Origin: a virus
Taxonomy: Duplodnaviria > Caudoviricetes
Virus record (IMG/VR): IMGVR_UViG_3300042356_001602
Direction: 5' to 3' (one strand)
Length of the DNA stretch: 64,000 nt
A program made the position numbers and the translations under genes. Of this stretch, positions 21,282 through 31,800 are shown piece after piece. Below the pieces are notes generated by a model. It made no database searches. It worked only from the letters and a program-made list of their open reading frames with translations, and was not told the origin of the DNA. Within the stretch, counting starts at the first letter, position 1. Every line of letters begins with the position of its first letter.

Positions 21282-22021
21282 TAATATTAATTATAGGTTT
21301 GCCGGGAGCTGGCAAAACAGCGCTAGCTACTCAATTGGCAGCTAAGACTAACGCAATTCATATTAATGCTGATGCAGTAAGAGCTGATCTTAGCTCTGAT
21401 CTCGGCTTCTCTATAGAGGACCGTATAGAACAAGCGAGAAGAGTTGGGGCTATTGCCAGACTTATTTCTGATCAAGATAGAGATGTCGTAGTTGACTTCA
21501 TATGTCCTACAGAGGCTACAAGAGAATCTTTTGGTCAGGCCGATAAAATTATATGGGTAGATAGAATAGATGAAAGTCAATATAAAGATACTAACGCTAT
21601 ATGGCAAGATCCAATAAATTATGACATTAGAATAAAGCCACATCTTACTATTGAACAAGAAGTTGACTTTGTTATTGATCGATTTAAGCTCGTAGACTGG
21701 ACTAAGCCAACTACTTTGTTGCTTGGCCGTTATCAGCCTTGGCATGATGGACACTCTGCACTCAAGATAGAAGCCCACAAAAGAACTAATCAAGTTGTAG
21801 TTGGAGTTAGATCTACTTATAATACCTCAGAAAAAGATCCCTTTACTTATTCTGAAGTTAAACAGTTTATTGAATCAAAAGAAAAAAATCCTTTTGTTCT
21901 TCAATTTCCAAACATTACCAATATAATTTATGGTAGAGATGTTGGATACAAAATAGAAAAAGTTGATCTTTCTCCTGAACTTCAAGCTATATCTGCTACA
22001 GCTATTAGATCTAAATTATAG
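21278..22021 (+). CDS. adenylylsulfate-kinase-like domain fused to HxGH nucleotidyltransferase domain
   Basis: GLPGAGKT P-loop, NADAVR.DL..DLGFS.EDR.EQARR (CysC-like); C-terminal GRYQPWHDGH and ISATAIR. Confidence 0.8.
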   Translation: MIILIIGLPGAGKTALATQLAAKTNAIHINADAVRADLSSDLGFSIEDRIEQARRVGAIARLISDQDRDVVVDFICPTEATRESFGQADKIIWVDRIDESQYKDTNAIWQDPINYDIRIKPHLTIEQEVDFVIDRFKLVDWTKPTTLLLGRYQPWHDGHSALKIEAHKRTNQVVVGVRSTYNTSEKDPFTYSEVKQFIESKEKNPFVLQFPNITNIIYGRDVGYKIEKVDLSPELQAISATAIRSKL

Positions 22022-22065
22022 TCTAAAAATAATACTGCTCATAAGTTGATATCGCAAGTGCTCGA

Positions 22066-22074
22066 TGATATAAT
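22066..22074 (+). promoter_or_regulatory. sigma70-type extended -10 promoter (TGnTATAAT)
   Basis: TGATATAAT upstream of ORF 22124. Confidence 0.5.
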
Positions 22075-22123
22075 TACAGACGTTACATTAACAGGCGAAA
22101 GCCATCAATAAAAGGAAAACAAA

Positions 22124-22315
22124 ATGTCAGACAATAAGTTCAAATATTTTGCTGTTACAACAACCAGCTTGGTCAAAGCCAACAATAAAGCAGAAGCACA
22201 AAAAGTAGCCATGGGTCGCCGTGGATCAGATGGAGAGCTTCTGTTTAAGTCAACAGAAATTGAGCGCATTTCGTCAGTAGAAGCACGTGAGCAATTAGAA
22301 GAATTCACGGCCTGA
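22124..22315 (+). CDS. small hypothetical protein
   Basis: RBS AAGGA; followed by hairpin. Confidence 0.65.
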   Translation: MSDNKFKYFAVTTTSLVKANNKAEAQKVAMGRRGSDGELLFKSTEIERISSVEAREQLEEFTA

Positions 22316-22328
22316 TATTCAGCATCTT

Positions 22329-22362
22329 AAGTGGAGGGTTGGGTTTTCCTAATCCTCCACTT
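22329..22362 (+). terminator. hairpin, probable intrinsic terminator
   Basis: AAGTGGAGGGTTGGG-TTTT-CCTAATCCTCCACTT inverted repeat. Confidence 0.6.
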
Positions 22363-22380
22363 TACTTATGAAGAGGAAAA

Positions 22381-23067
22381 ATGTTAATAGCACAAATGGT
22401 GGGAAAAAATGAATCAGGAAGATTCTTACATAAAGTACTTGAAAGACTCTCCACTCAAGTAGATAAGATAGTCTTTACAGATGACTGCTCAGAAGATAAT
22501 ACAATAGAAATTGCGTCTAAGTACGCAGAGGTGTTCAGCAACAGTGAAACAATGTTCGAGAAGCATGAAGGTCACCTTAGACTTAATGCCTGGAAGAATC
22601 TAGAAACAGTAGCCAAAGAGGGTGATTGGGTTATAGCAATCGATTGCGATGAAATGTTGTTTCACGAAGATGGCATAGAGCTCAAAAAGGTTTTGCAGTC
22701 AAGCCCTTATGATGTGGTCAATGTTAGGTTCTATCATATGTGGAACGAAACACAGTATAGGGTTGACAAATTATGGGCTCCAAATAATAGTTCTAGAATT
22801 TTTAGATACACAAATGGTGGCACATTCCTAGATAAAAAACTAGCCTGTGGTTCTGAGCCAACATATGTGTCTGATTGGTTGAGACAAAAGAACTATTGGG
22901 TTCACTCAGGTCTAGCAATGCAGCACCTTGGTTACATCAGAGATGAAGATAAGATCATTAAGCATAAGAGATATATGTCCATAGACAAAGGTGAGTTTCA
23001 TAACATTCAACATATCGAGTCTATAATAGACCCTAATCCTGTACTAGTAAATTGGAACTTAAAATGA
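22381..23067 (+). CDS. glycosyltransferase family 2-like
   Basis: FTDDCSEDNT, WVIAIDCDE, HLGY. Confidence 0.8.
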   Translation: MLIAQMVGKNESGRFLHKVLERLSTQVDKIVFTDDCSEDNTIEIASKYAEVFSNSETMFEKHEGHLRLNAWKNLETVAKEGDWVIAIDCDEMLFHEDGIELKKVLQSSPYDVVNVRFYHMWNETQYRVDKLWAPNNSSRIFRYTNGGTFLDKKLACGSEPTYVSDWLRQKNYWVHSGLAMQHLGYIRDEDKIIKHKRYMSIDKGEFHNIQHIESIIDPNPVLVNWNLK

Positions 23068-23741
23068 AAACATATAATACTAAAGAAACAATAATAAAAG
23101 TAACAGATCTTATAGAAAAGAAAAAAAGATTTGCCTTTGTATCATATACGAGATCTTCATTTTTTTCTATTATTGGCGATATTAAGGGCGATAAAAAACC
23201 ACCAAAGAATTTTGTTCAATCAATACTAACTAGCATCACCTCTAATGACCCTCAGTATATTGCAGGAATACAGCCTGACTTCATCTATTCACAACAGGAT
23301 AAGCTTAGCAAGGTTGGCCTAAAGGATAAAGTATTTTATGATTCATGCTTCCTTGAGAATTATATCAATGAAGACTATGACATATTTAAAACATTCATGC
23401 AGTACTACTTCAAGCATAACAAGGTATTGGTAATCTCTTTCCAGCATAAATCAAATATTGGAAAGTTTTTTTCTAAAGACTCTGCTTTCATACAAGTCCC
23501 ATACAATGATTTTTATGATAAGGTAGATTCAATATTAGCTCAAGTGTCTGAGTTCGATGGTGAATATCAAATGTGCATTCTTGATTGCCCTATGTTTGCT
23601 TCTGCTATAGCTCCTAAGCTTTGGGAAAAAACAAAGATGTCAATCTTAGACTTTGGAAAAACACTAACTGTAGCACGAGCATTTGATAGAAATAAAGAGG
23701 GTGCACTTGAAGAAAAAATGGGAAGAACAACAAGACGATGA
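23064..23741 (+). CDS. hypothetical protein (possible GT-D-like glycosyltransferase fold)
   Basis: Neighbour of GT; C-terminal ILDFG motif; weak. Confidence 0.45.
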   Translation: MKTYNTKETIIKVTDLIEKKKRFAFVSYTRSSFFSIIGDIKGDKKPPKNFVQSILTSITSNDPQYIAGIQPDFIYSQQDKLSKVGLKDKVFYDSCFLENYINEDYDIFKTFMQYYFKHNKVLVISFQHKSNIGKFFSKDSAFIQVPYNDFYDKVDSILAQVSEFDGEYQMCILDCPMFASAIAPKLWEKTKMSILDFGKTLTVARAFDRNKEGALEEKMGRTTRR

Positions 23742-24351
23742 TGAGTTTCTCAAAGATCTTTTGTTTGAAAGCAATTTATCTACAACTCAAATAGCAGCAG
23801 AACTATCATATTCAGTTCCTGACCTAAATAAAAGAATAAAACAATTAGGTCTTTCTTGGATAAAAGATAAAAATAAAAAGATGTCAAGAGGCCAAACTGC
23901 CCTGACTCTAGTTATGAAAAAACTTTTACCAGGAGAAGAAATCGTTAACGAGCATCACCTAGGCGATAAGCTAAGACTAGATGTTTATTGCCCAAAGTAC
24001 AACCTAGCTGCAGAGTATCATGGTAGGCAGCATTTTTTTTATACTCAAAGATTCTTTGATACAAAGTATGAATTTGAAGAAGCACAAAAAAGAGATGAAA
24101 AAAAGATGCAGATGTGCAAAGAGTTAGGGATAGCTCTTATCGTATTTAGGTACAATGACAACCTATCAGAAGAGTCTGTTTATGATAGAATGTTACAGGC
24201 CATAAAGAGTGCACCCAATGTGCCAGTACGTGTTCAGAAAAGAACATTAAAAAATAATCAATTTTACTTAGAGGCTAAGAAGAAGAACTCTGAAAGTAGA
24301 AAAGCTTATTATAAAACAATGAAAGAAAAAAGAAAACAAGATGGAAACTGA
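23707..24351 (+). CDS. HTH + Vsr/DUF559-like endonuclease domain protein
   Basis: LSTTQIAAEL HTH; LRLDVYCP..NLAAEYHGRQH; QKRDEKK...C...GIALIVF. Confidence 0.75.
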   Translation: MKKKWEEQQDDDEFLKDLLFESNLSTTQIAAELSYSVPDLNKRIKQLGLSWIKDKNKKMSRGQTALTLVMKKLLPGEEIVNEHHLGDKLRLDVYCPKYNLAAEYHGRQHFFYTQRFFDTKYEFEEAQKRDEKKMQMCKELGIALIVFRYNDNLSEESVYDRMLQAIKSAPNVPVRVQKRTLKNNQFYLEAKKKNSESRKAYYKTMKEKRKQDGN

Positions 24352-25810
24352 ACTAGACACGGAACAAAAAGAAAAAGAATTCCCAGTCGAGTATCAGATA
24401 TTTGCTCTTTCGCTTAGAGAAAAAGATGCAATAGTTTTCTTCGATGCTTTTTTACCAGAAGACATAGTAGGCACCATACATGGTCAGACTGGGATAAATG
24501 AGTTTTATAAAGCACTACTGGCATATCATCATACGACAAAACTAGACGAAGTAAACCCTATAGCTTTTAAAGTGTGGTTAGACTCAGAGACAGACATTTA
24601 CTCTGCTCTAGGTGGAACATCTGGGGTTGACGCAATGATGGATATTCTAATGTCCATGGAGCTGTCTACACCGGAGTCTATTACTAAGTTGGTTAAACAC
24701 AAGGCCAATAAGAGAAAACAATTAGATTCTCTACAAGAACTTCAGATCTTAATAACTCAAAAGGGAGAAAAGAATGAAAAAGACATATCAAGAATAGCGC
24801 AGATTACTTCTGATATTAAAGATCTTGAAAACGAATTGAATTACAACCCTCTAGATAGTGTAACTACCGCTAATGACATATCGAAAAGAGCAGAAGACTT
24901 ATTAGAGATACCAAACTTTTTGCCAACTCAATACAAAGCTTTAAATAGAGCTATGGGCTATACTGATGAAGGTGGATTCTTCAAAGGCGCTGTGCATGCA
25001 ATAATTGCAGGATCAGGAAAGGGCAAGAGTACATTCGCAAAATGTCTGATTAATCACTGGGCTGATTCAGGCTACAAGGTGTTGTATGTAAACTTTGAAG
25101 AAGCAATTGCTCACTGGGAAAGAGTTTTAATGACTCAAATAATTGGAAAGAATGTTTACAAAGAGTCAGCAACTTGGAACGAAGAACAAAAAAGTAAGTA
25201 TCTTGGAATCTTTAGAGATAAGCTTAATGAATGGGGGGATAGGTTCATGGTTAGACACGACCCTGAGACTCCTTATTTTGAAGATTTAGAGAGATGGCTT
25301 AGAGATATCATGGGAAGTGACGATCGTGTTCCAGATGTTATCGTTATAGATACAATCCAATCTATGTTTACAAGAGGTGGAAAAGGTAAACCTCGATGGG
25401 GCGAGTTTGAAGAGATGATGGTTCGCTTAGAGAAGCTGGCCAGAGATATGAACTGCGTGCTTATTATCACTGCTCAGGAAAACTCAAATAGAATGAAAGA
25501 AAAAAGAGAAGTTGTTCAACAGTCTGACACTGGTGGTTCTTTAGCTATACAGCAAAAGTGTGCAGTAACAATATTCATTACAGATAAAAAGCTAGCTAGT
25601 GGTGATGACTCTGAAGATGAAAATATCATGCAACTTCAGATACCAAAAAATAGAATTACAGGATCTACTTTTGTTTACGATTCTCCTTTAGTGAGATATG
25701 TGGATGAAAGAAAAACATATGAAGAGTATGAAGCAATTACTCAAGAGAACTACAAGCAAGATTCAGATTTTGATGTCAGCGATTTAGCTGATTCAATGAG
25801 AGTGATTTAG
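24341..25810 (+). CDS. DnaB-like replicative helicase (SF4)
   Basis: AGSGKGKST Walker A, VIVIDTIQ Walker B, IITAQEN, QSDTGGS, IPKNR. Confidence 0.85.
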   Translation: METELDTEQKEKEFPVEYQIFALSLREKDAIVFFDAFLPEDIVGTIHGQTGINEFYKALLAYHHTTKLDEVNPIAFKVWLDSETDIYSALGGTSGVDAMMDILMSMELSTPESITKLVKHKANKRKQLDSLQELQILITQKGEKNEKDISRIAQITSDIKDLENELNYNPLDSVTTANDISKRAEDLLEIPNFLPTQYKALNRAMGYTDEGGFFKGAVHAIIAGSGKGKSTFAKCLINHWADSGYKVLYVNFEEAIAHWERVLMTQIIGKNVYKESATWNEEQKSKYLGIFRDKLNEWGDRFMVRHDPETPYFEDLERWLRDIMGSDDRVPDVIVIDTIQSMFTRGGKGKPRWGEFEEMMVRLEKLARDMNCVLIITAQENSNRMKEKREVVQQSDTGGSLAIQQKCAVTIFITDKKLASGDDSEDENIMQLQIPKNRITGSTFVYDSPLVRYVDERKTYEEYEAITQENYKQDSDFDVSDLADSMRVI

Positions 25811-25816
25811 GAAATT

Positions 25817-26620
25817 ATGTTAAAACTAACAGTTAAAGAATTAAAAGATTATCAGCTATGTGGAAGACTATATGACTACAGACACGTAGACAAGCTCACC
25901 GAGAAGATAGGTGGAAGAGATCTTACGTACATAAGATATGAAAATGCCTTAAAGAGTATTGTTAATTTCTTTTTTTACAAGAAACAATCAGGTTCAGTTC
26001 CGTCGTATGCTTCCCTATTAAACAGATGGGAAAAGATATGGTACCCCAAAGGTACTACGGCATATGATATAACGCACGAGCAACATGAAAGTTTTTATGG
26101 CAACAATGCAAGCCTCACCAGTAGAGCAGCTTCAGCCTTGTTGGCTATCTCGGAAAACTTTTCAGACAGTGGAATTATACCCATAGCAATAGATGAAGAG
26201 TTCATAGTACCGGTCAATAATAAGGTTGCTGTGACCGACAAATTTGATTTAATATACCATCATAATAAAAAGGTGTATGTAGTTAAATGGGTTTTCAATA
26301 TTAAATTTAAGAAGCAATACTTGTACTCAACAGACTTTGCTGTGATGAATATGAGTTACTTTAGTAAGTACGGCAATAAAATAGATATAACAGAGTTTGG
26401 TTACTATGACTTATTAAATCCTAAACCAAACTTTACTAAGTTTGAAAGTAAGAAAGAAGATCTTGAAACAGTAGATGCATGGTGCACTACGTTGCATGAA
26501 GACAAATTATTCCTACCTAGAAGAGGTATGATTTCATACTGCACTTCATGCCCGCACGATGCAGTCTGTTCTAAATGGAATATCAGCACAAAAAAAGATG
26601 GACAGATAAATGTCAAATAA
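25817..26620 (+). CDS. PD-(D/E)XK nuclease superfamily protein (possibly degenerate)
   Basis: N-terminal C, DKFDLI, C-terminal CTSCPHDAVC cluster. Confidence 0.65.
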   Translation: MLKLTVKELKDYQLCGRLYDYRHVDKLTEKIGGRDLTYIRYENALKSIVNFFFYKKQSGSVPSYASLLNRWEKIWYPKGTTAYDITHEQHESFYGNNASLTSRAASALLAISENFSDSGIIPIAIDEEFIVPVNNKVAVTDKFDLIYHHNKKVYVVKWVFNIKFKKQYLYSTDFAVMNMSYFSKYGNKIDITEFGYYDLLNPKPNFTKFESKKEDLETVDAWCTTLHEDKLFLPRRGMISYCTSCPHDAVCSKWNISTKKDGQINVK

Positions 26621-27296
26621 TATACTTGATGAAATTCTATCAGAGAATAATAGCGTAGTACCAAGAAAAGATGAAGACAAAATACTTGAGCCAATTTTAG
26701 AAGAAATTAATTATATATTTGATGAGTCTATAAAATCTTTTGTAAGAGCAATTCTTCTAAGAGCTTCTAGCTTTTGGTCTATACCATCAAGCTTTTCTGG
26801 AAAATACCATCCAGCTGACGAGCACAACTATGGTGGCAATGTCCTTCATACAAAAAGAGTTGTTAGAGCAGCTAAGATAATGTGTGAATCATACTCCCTA
26901 TCTAGGGAGGACACTGATATAGTTTTTGCAGCTTGCATATTGCATGATGTTACTAAGGGCATTAAGCTTGAGGGGGAAGACTCCTTCCACTACGATCCAA
27001 TGCATCCGTACACTGTTGCAAGACTAGTCCAAAAATGTCAAGAAGACGATAAGAACTATGCTTCTGAATCTCAGTCTTCAACTCTTTTTATATCTGAAGA
27101 TATAGTACAATCAATTCTAAGACTAGTGAGATGTCACCTTGGGCCATGGTCTCCCGTGCCAGAAACTATTCCTATTACATACATGGATATGATAGTTCAC
27201 CTAGCAGACAACGTTGCATCAAAGGTTCATTACATCGTTGATGGAGAAAACATAAAGCTAGACAGATGGAAGACGGAAAAAGATGAACGAAACTGA
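26610..27296 (+). CDS. HD-domain phosphohydrolase
   Basis: GKYHP, LHTKRV, ILHD, CHLG, VHLAD. Confidence 0.85.
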   Translation: MSNNILDEILSENNSVVPRKDEDKILEPILEEINYIFDESIKSFVRAILLRASSFWSIPSSFSGKYHPADEHNYGGNVLHTKRVVRAAKIMCESYSLSREDTDIVFAACILHDVTKGIKLEGEDSFHYDPMHPYTVARLVQKCQEDDKNYASESQSSTLFISEDIVQSILRLVRCHLGPWSPVPETIPITYMDMIVHLADNVASKVHYIVDGENIKLDRWKTEKDERN

Positions 27297-27465
27297 TGAT
27301 CGTTTATTAAAAAGATTTACTGCAATAAAAAAAATGGAGTATTTCATAGAAGAATCTGTATATTATAGAACTCATTCAGAAGAAATGATAGAAAATAATA
27401 AGATCATTCTATGGAATTCAAAGCAAGAATCTGGTAAAATACCACTATATGAAAATAGAAGTTGA
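27283..27465 (+). CDS. hypothetical protein
   Basis: Coupled small ORF. Confidence 0.5.
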   Translation: MNETDDRLLKRFTAIKKMEYFIEESVYYRTHSEEMIENNKIILWNSKQESGKIPLYENRS

Positions 27466-28663
27466 AGAAAATAAGTTTCTTTCACAATGGAAATATTACG
27501 AAGTAGCTAGATTTGTTCCATCTTTAAATAGGGTGATTAGAGATAAGAAGAACGGCCAACCAGTTATACTTACGGCGGAAGAGATACTGCCATATGCTAG
27601 CAGCAATGATAATACCGGCATATATACATCAGTCTTTGCTTACAATAATCAAGACATAAGTGAAGCGATAAGGCTTGGTCCGCTTTACTTTGACATAGAT
27701 AGCGATTCTATAGCAGATGCCTACGAAGATTGTATTAAATTATATAATCATTTAACTCAGTACATACCAGAGAGTTCTGTGTTAGTTTATTTTACTGGTA
27801 AAAAAGGATTTCACATAGAGTGTGAACCCATTTGTCTAGGCATAAATCCATCCAATAGCCTTCCTAAGATATATAGATTTATTGCCAACGATCTAAAGTC
27901 TAAGCTAAATTTAAACACTTTAGACTTTAGCGTATATGATGCTAGAAGAATGTGGAGACTGGCTGGCTCAAAGCATCAGAGTACTGGGTATTATAAAACT
28001 CTTTTGAATCCAAATGGAAGAGAAAATATATTCACAAAGGGAATAGAAGTGATTAAAGAATATAGTTCTAGTCCTTCCTCCTTAGAAGTATCTAAACAAG
28101 AATTTAATTATAAAGCTAATGAGTGGTATAGGCAATACACTTATGATATAGAAGAACATGAAAAAAGAAAAGACGACCCATTAGAATACTTTAATAAGTA
28201 TGGGGCAAAAGCGTTTAAAGATCTTAAGGAAACTCCTAAGATATTTAATAAAGATAACTTGTTGAATAAATGCTCTGCAGTAAAAAGACTCCATCAACAG
28301 GCAATTGATGATGGCTACCTGGAGCATGAAGCAAGACTATTTTTGTGTTCAATACTTACCTATACGGAAGATTCTATCAAGTATTTGCACGAGATACTTT
28401 CACAGTGCAGAGATTATAATTTCTCTAAATCATCCTCTCACATTAATGACTGGATAAAGAGAAGACAAATGTCAATCGGTGGTAGACCATACACTTGCGA
28501 AAGAGCAAACTCAGTTGGTGTTGGATGCGGGGAGTGCTCCTTAGAACAAAGAAATAAGTATGTAAAAGTGAATGGAAGATTTATAGAAACTCAAGAAAAA
28601 TCTTCGCCATCACCAATTAGATTTGCGTATAGTCCTGCACCAAGAAAGGAGGAACATGAGTAA
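27449..28663 (+). CDS. archaeo-eukaryotic primase (AEP) with C-terminal PriL-like Cys domain
   Basis: LYFDID, FTGKKGFH, RMWRL; C-terminal KCSAV, HEARL, YTCE...CGEC. Confidence 0.8.
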   Translation: MKIEVEENKFLSQWKYYEVARFVPSLNRVIRDKKNGQPVILTAEEILPYASSNDNTGIYTSVFAYNNQDISEAIRLGPLYFDIDSDSIADAYEDCIKLYNHLTQYIPESSVLVYFTGKKGFHIECEPICLGINPSNSLPKIYRFIANDLKSKLNLNTLDFSVYDARRMWRLAGSKHQSTGYYKTLLNPNGRENIFTKGIEVIKEYSSSPSSLEVSKQEFNYKANEWYRQYTYDIEEHEKRKDDPLEYFNKYGAKAFKDLKETPKIFNKDNLLNKCSAVKRLHQQAIDDGYLEHEARLFLCSILTYTEDSIKYLHEILSQCRDYNFSKSSSHINDWIKRRQMSIGGRPYTCERANSVGVGCGECSLEQRNKYVKVNGRFIETQEKSSPSPIRFAYSPAPRKEEHE

Positions 28664-28856
28664 CGAAGATGATGCAGTAGGCGTTTGTACAGAATGTGGT
28701 AATCAGCAGCCTGATAAGTATATGTACAATAGCGTCTTTGCCCAAGAGGGCCACTCAGCTGTTTGTAAATACTGTGGCGGAACAGTAACAGTATGTTATA
28801 GAAGTGAAGTACAAAATGTATTAAAAGCCATTAAAAGAAGAAGAGGATTAGGTTGA
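28656..28856 (+). CDS. small zinc-ribbon protein
   Basis: CTEC...CKYC; strong RBS AAGGAGGA. Confidence 0.7.
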   Translation: MSNEDDAVGVCTECGNQQPDKYMYNSVFAQEGHSAVCKYCGGTVTVCYRSEVQNVLKAIKRRRGLG

Positions 28857-31800
28857 AAAACTGGACCAACTTACACAACCATACTGTGTTCTCTATGCTG
28901 GATGGGCACGGTAGTGTAGAACAATATCTAGAAAGAGCTAAGTCATTGGGAATGACTGGATTAGCTACTACTGATCACGGGAATATACATTCGTGGTTAG
29001 ACTTTTACGATGCTGGAAAGGCTGCAGGAGTAAAACCAATTCTTGGTTCAGAATTTTATCAGGCTAGAAAAAGTAGATTTGATAGAGACGAAGAGGAAAG
29101 ATCAGGCCCCTCAAAAAATGAGTGGGAACAAAGAGGTCCGTATCATATAACTATATTAGCTAAAAATAATATTGGGTATCACAATATTATTAAGATGTCA
29201 TCCAGAGCGTTTACTGAAGGCTATTATGTTAAACCTAGAATAGATCACGATCTAATATCACAACATTCAGATGGGATAATAGTCCTATCAGGATGTCTTA
29301 ATGGAGAAGTGTCTCAAGCCCTATTAAGAAAAGACTACAGCACAGCCTTAAAGCACGCTACCTCAATGCAAGAAATCGTAGGTGCAGAGAATTACTTTAT
29401 AGAGATTCAAAATCATGGTATTCAAGAACAGCTCACTATCATACCTGATCTAATTAAATTAGCTAATCACATTGGAGCAAAGGTTGTTCCATCAGGGGAC
29501 TGTCACTACGTTCATCAGCACGATGCAAACGCCCATGACATAATGCTTTGTGTAGCAACTAACTCAAATATACATACGCCTAATAGGTTTTCTTTTTCTG
29601 GCGACCAGTTTTATTTACAGTCATACGATGAAATGGCCTCTATTTTTTCTGATGAACTTCTTAAGAATACCATGCATGTAAACGACATGATTGAAGTTAA
29701 TTTAGAATTTGGAGAAATGCATTTTCCAAATTTCCCGATACCAACAATGGAAGATTCAACGACATACTTTGAAAGACTTGCCTGGGAAGGCCTAAAGAAG
29801 AAGTATGGAGATCCGCTGCCTAATCATATATTAGATAGAGCTAATCATGAGCTACGAGTCGTTAAGGAGATGGGCTTTCCTGAATACTTTTTAGTTGTAT
29901 CTGATCTAGTTAGGTGGGCTAAGGAGAATGATATCAGAGTAGGTTGGGGTAGAGGTTCTGCTGCAGGAAGCGTTCTGTCTTACGCTTTTGATATTACCAA
30001 TCTTGATCCGATTAGATTTGGTTTGATGTTTGAAAGATTTTTAGTAGAAGGAAGAAAGTCCATGCCGGACATCGACCTCGACTTTGATGACAGACACAGA
30101 GATAGAGTTATTGAATACGCAAGAAATAAATATGGAGAAGATCATGTTGCACATATCTGTACATTTAATAGGACTGGAGCAAGACAATCCATCAGAGATG
30201 CTGCGAGAGCTTTAGGTCATGAATTCATTGTTGGAGATAGAGTAGCAAAGCTTGTTCCGCCACCAGTGCTTGGTGTATCAAAATCTTTATCAGAGTGTAT
30301 GGAAGTTGCAGAGTTTAAAAAAGAATACTCTAGCAATGAAGAATCAAAGACTATAGTCGAAACAGCATTTGGACTAGAGGGTTTAGTCAGACAAACTGGG
30401 ATACATGCTGCAGGAGTAGTTATATCAAAAGGTGCATTAACAGACTATCTTCCCATAATGAAAAAGGGAGTGGATAGCCCAGTTGTCACACAGTGGGACA
30501 TGGGCAGAGTTGAGCAGTGTGGACTACTAAAGATTGACTTCTTGGGATTGAGAAACCTTGGAGTTATAGACCAATGTGTAAAGATAGTTAAAAAGAGTAG
30601 GGGCGTAAATATAGACATAGAGTCCATACCCCTAGACGATAAGAAGACATACGAAGAACTTGGCAAGGGCAACGCCATAGGTGTGTTTCAGCTTGAATCA
30701 TCTGGTATGAGAGAGTTGATGGTTCAACTGCAGCCACAAAACATAGAAGACATAATGGCACTCATATCACTATACAGACCTGGGCCAATGGGATCTGGGA
30801 TGGACAAGCTTTTTATAGATAGAAAGCATAATAGATCTAAGGTTCAATACGATCACGAAAAATTAGAAAAAGTACTAGGACCATCATTGGGTATCATGCT
30901 GTATCAGGAAGATGTTCTTGGTGTGGCTAGAGAGCTAGCTGGCTTTAGCTCTGCAGAAGCAGATGATTTGCGTAAAGCTATTGGTAAAAAACAAATGGAT
31001 AAGATCTCTTTATTTAGAAGAAAGTTTGTTGAAGGATGTGTAGCTGTGTCTTCTCTACCAGAAGACAAGGCTAATAAAATATATTCGGACATTGAATACT
31101 TTGGTGGATATGGATTTAACAGAGCACATGCTGCTAGTTATGCGATGATCTCCTATATTACAGCTTACTTAAAGACAAATTATACGGTAGAATACATGGC
31201 TGCTTTAATGAGCTCTGTAGTTGGAAATAAAGAAAAGCAGTCCTTATATCTGGCAGATTGTAGAAAAAGAAACATAAAGGTTCTTCCACCTTCTATAAAT
31301 AGATCTACAGAAGAGTTTGGAGTCATAGATGAACATACTATTATCTTTGGTTTGGCAGCCATTAATGGCATAGGCTATGCAGTTTCAGAAGCTATTTTAT
31401 CCAATAGGAACGAAGATAAACCTTATGATTCAATGCATGACTTTTTTAGAAGAACTAATCCAGCGGTATTAAAGAAGGGGACACTTGAGCACCTCACTAA
31501 GGCTGGAGCCTTTGATGAGCTGATAGATAGCGTTTTAGATGATGACTTCGGAAGAAGAACTGAACTATCTATTCTTGAAAAAGAAAAAGATGAACTTGGA
31601 TTATACATATCTAAGAATCCGGTAGATGGAATTTGGGATCTTCTTTCTGAAAATATTTCACATGAAATTATTGAGATAACAGAACTGCCTGCGTCCTCTA
31701 GAGTTTCTATAGCTGGAATAATTTCTGGTTATAAAAAGCTTGTGACAAAAAAGGGTGCGAAGATGTACAAGTTTAATATACAAGACATCTCCTCTGATAT

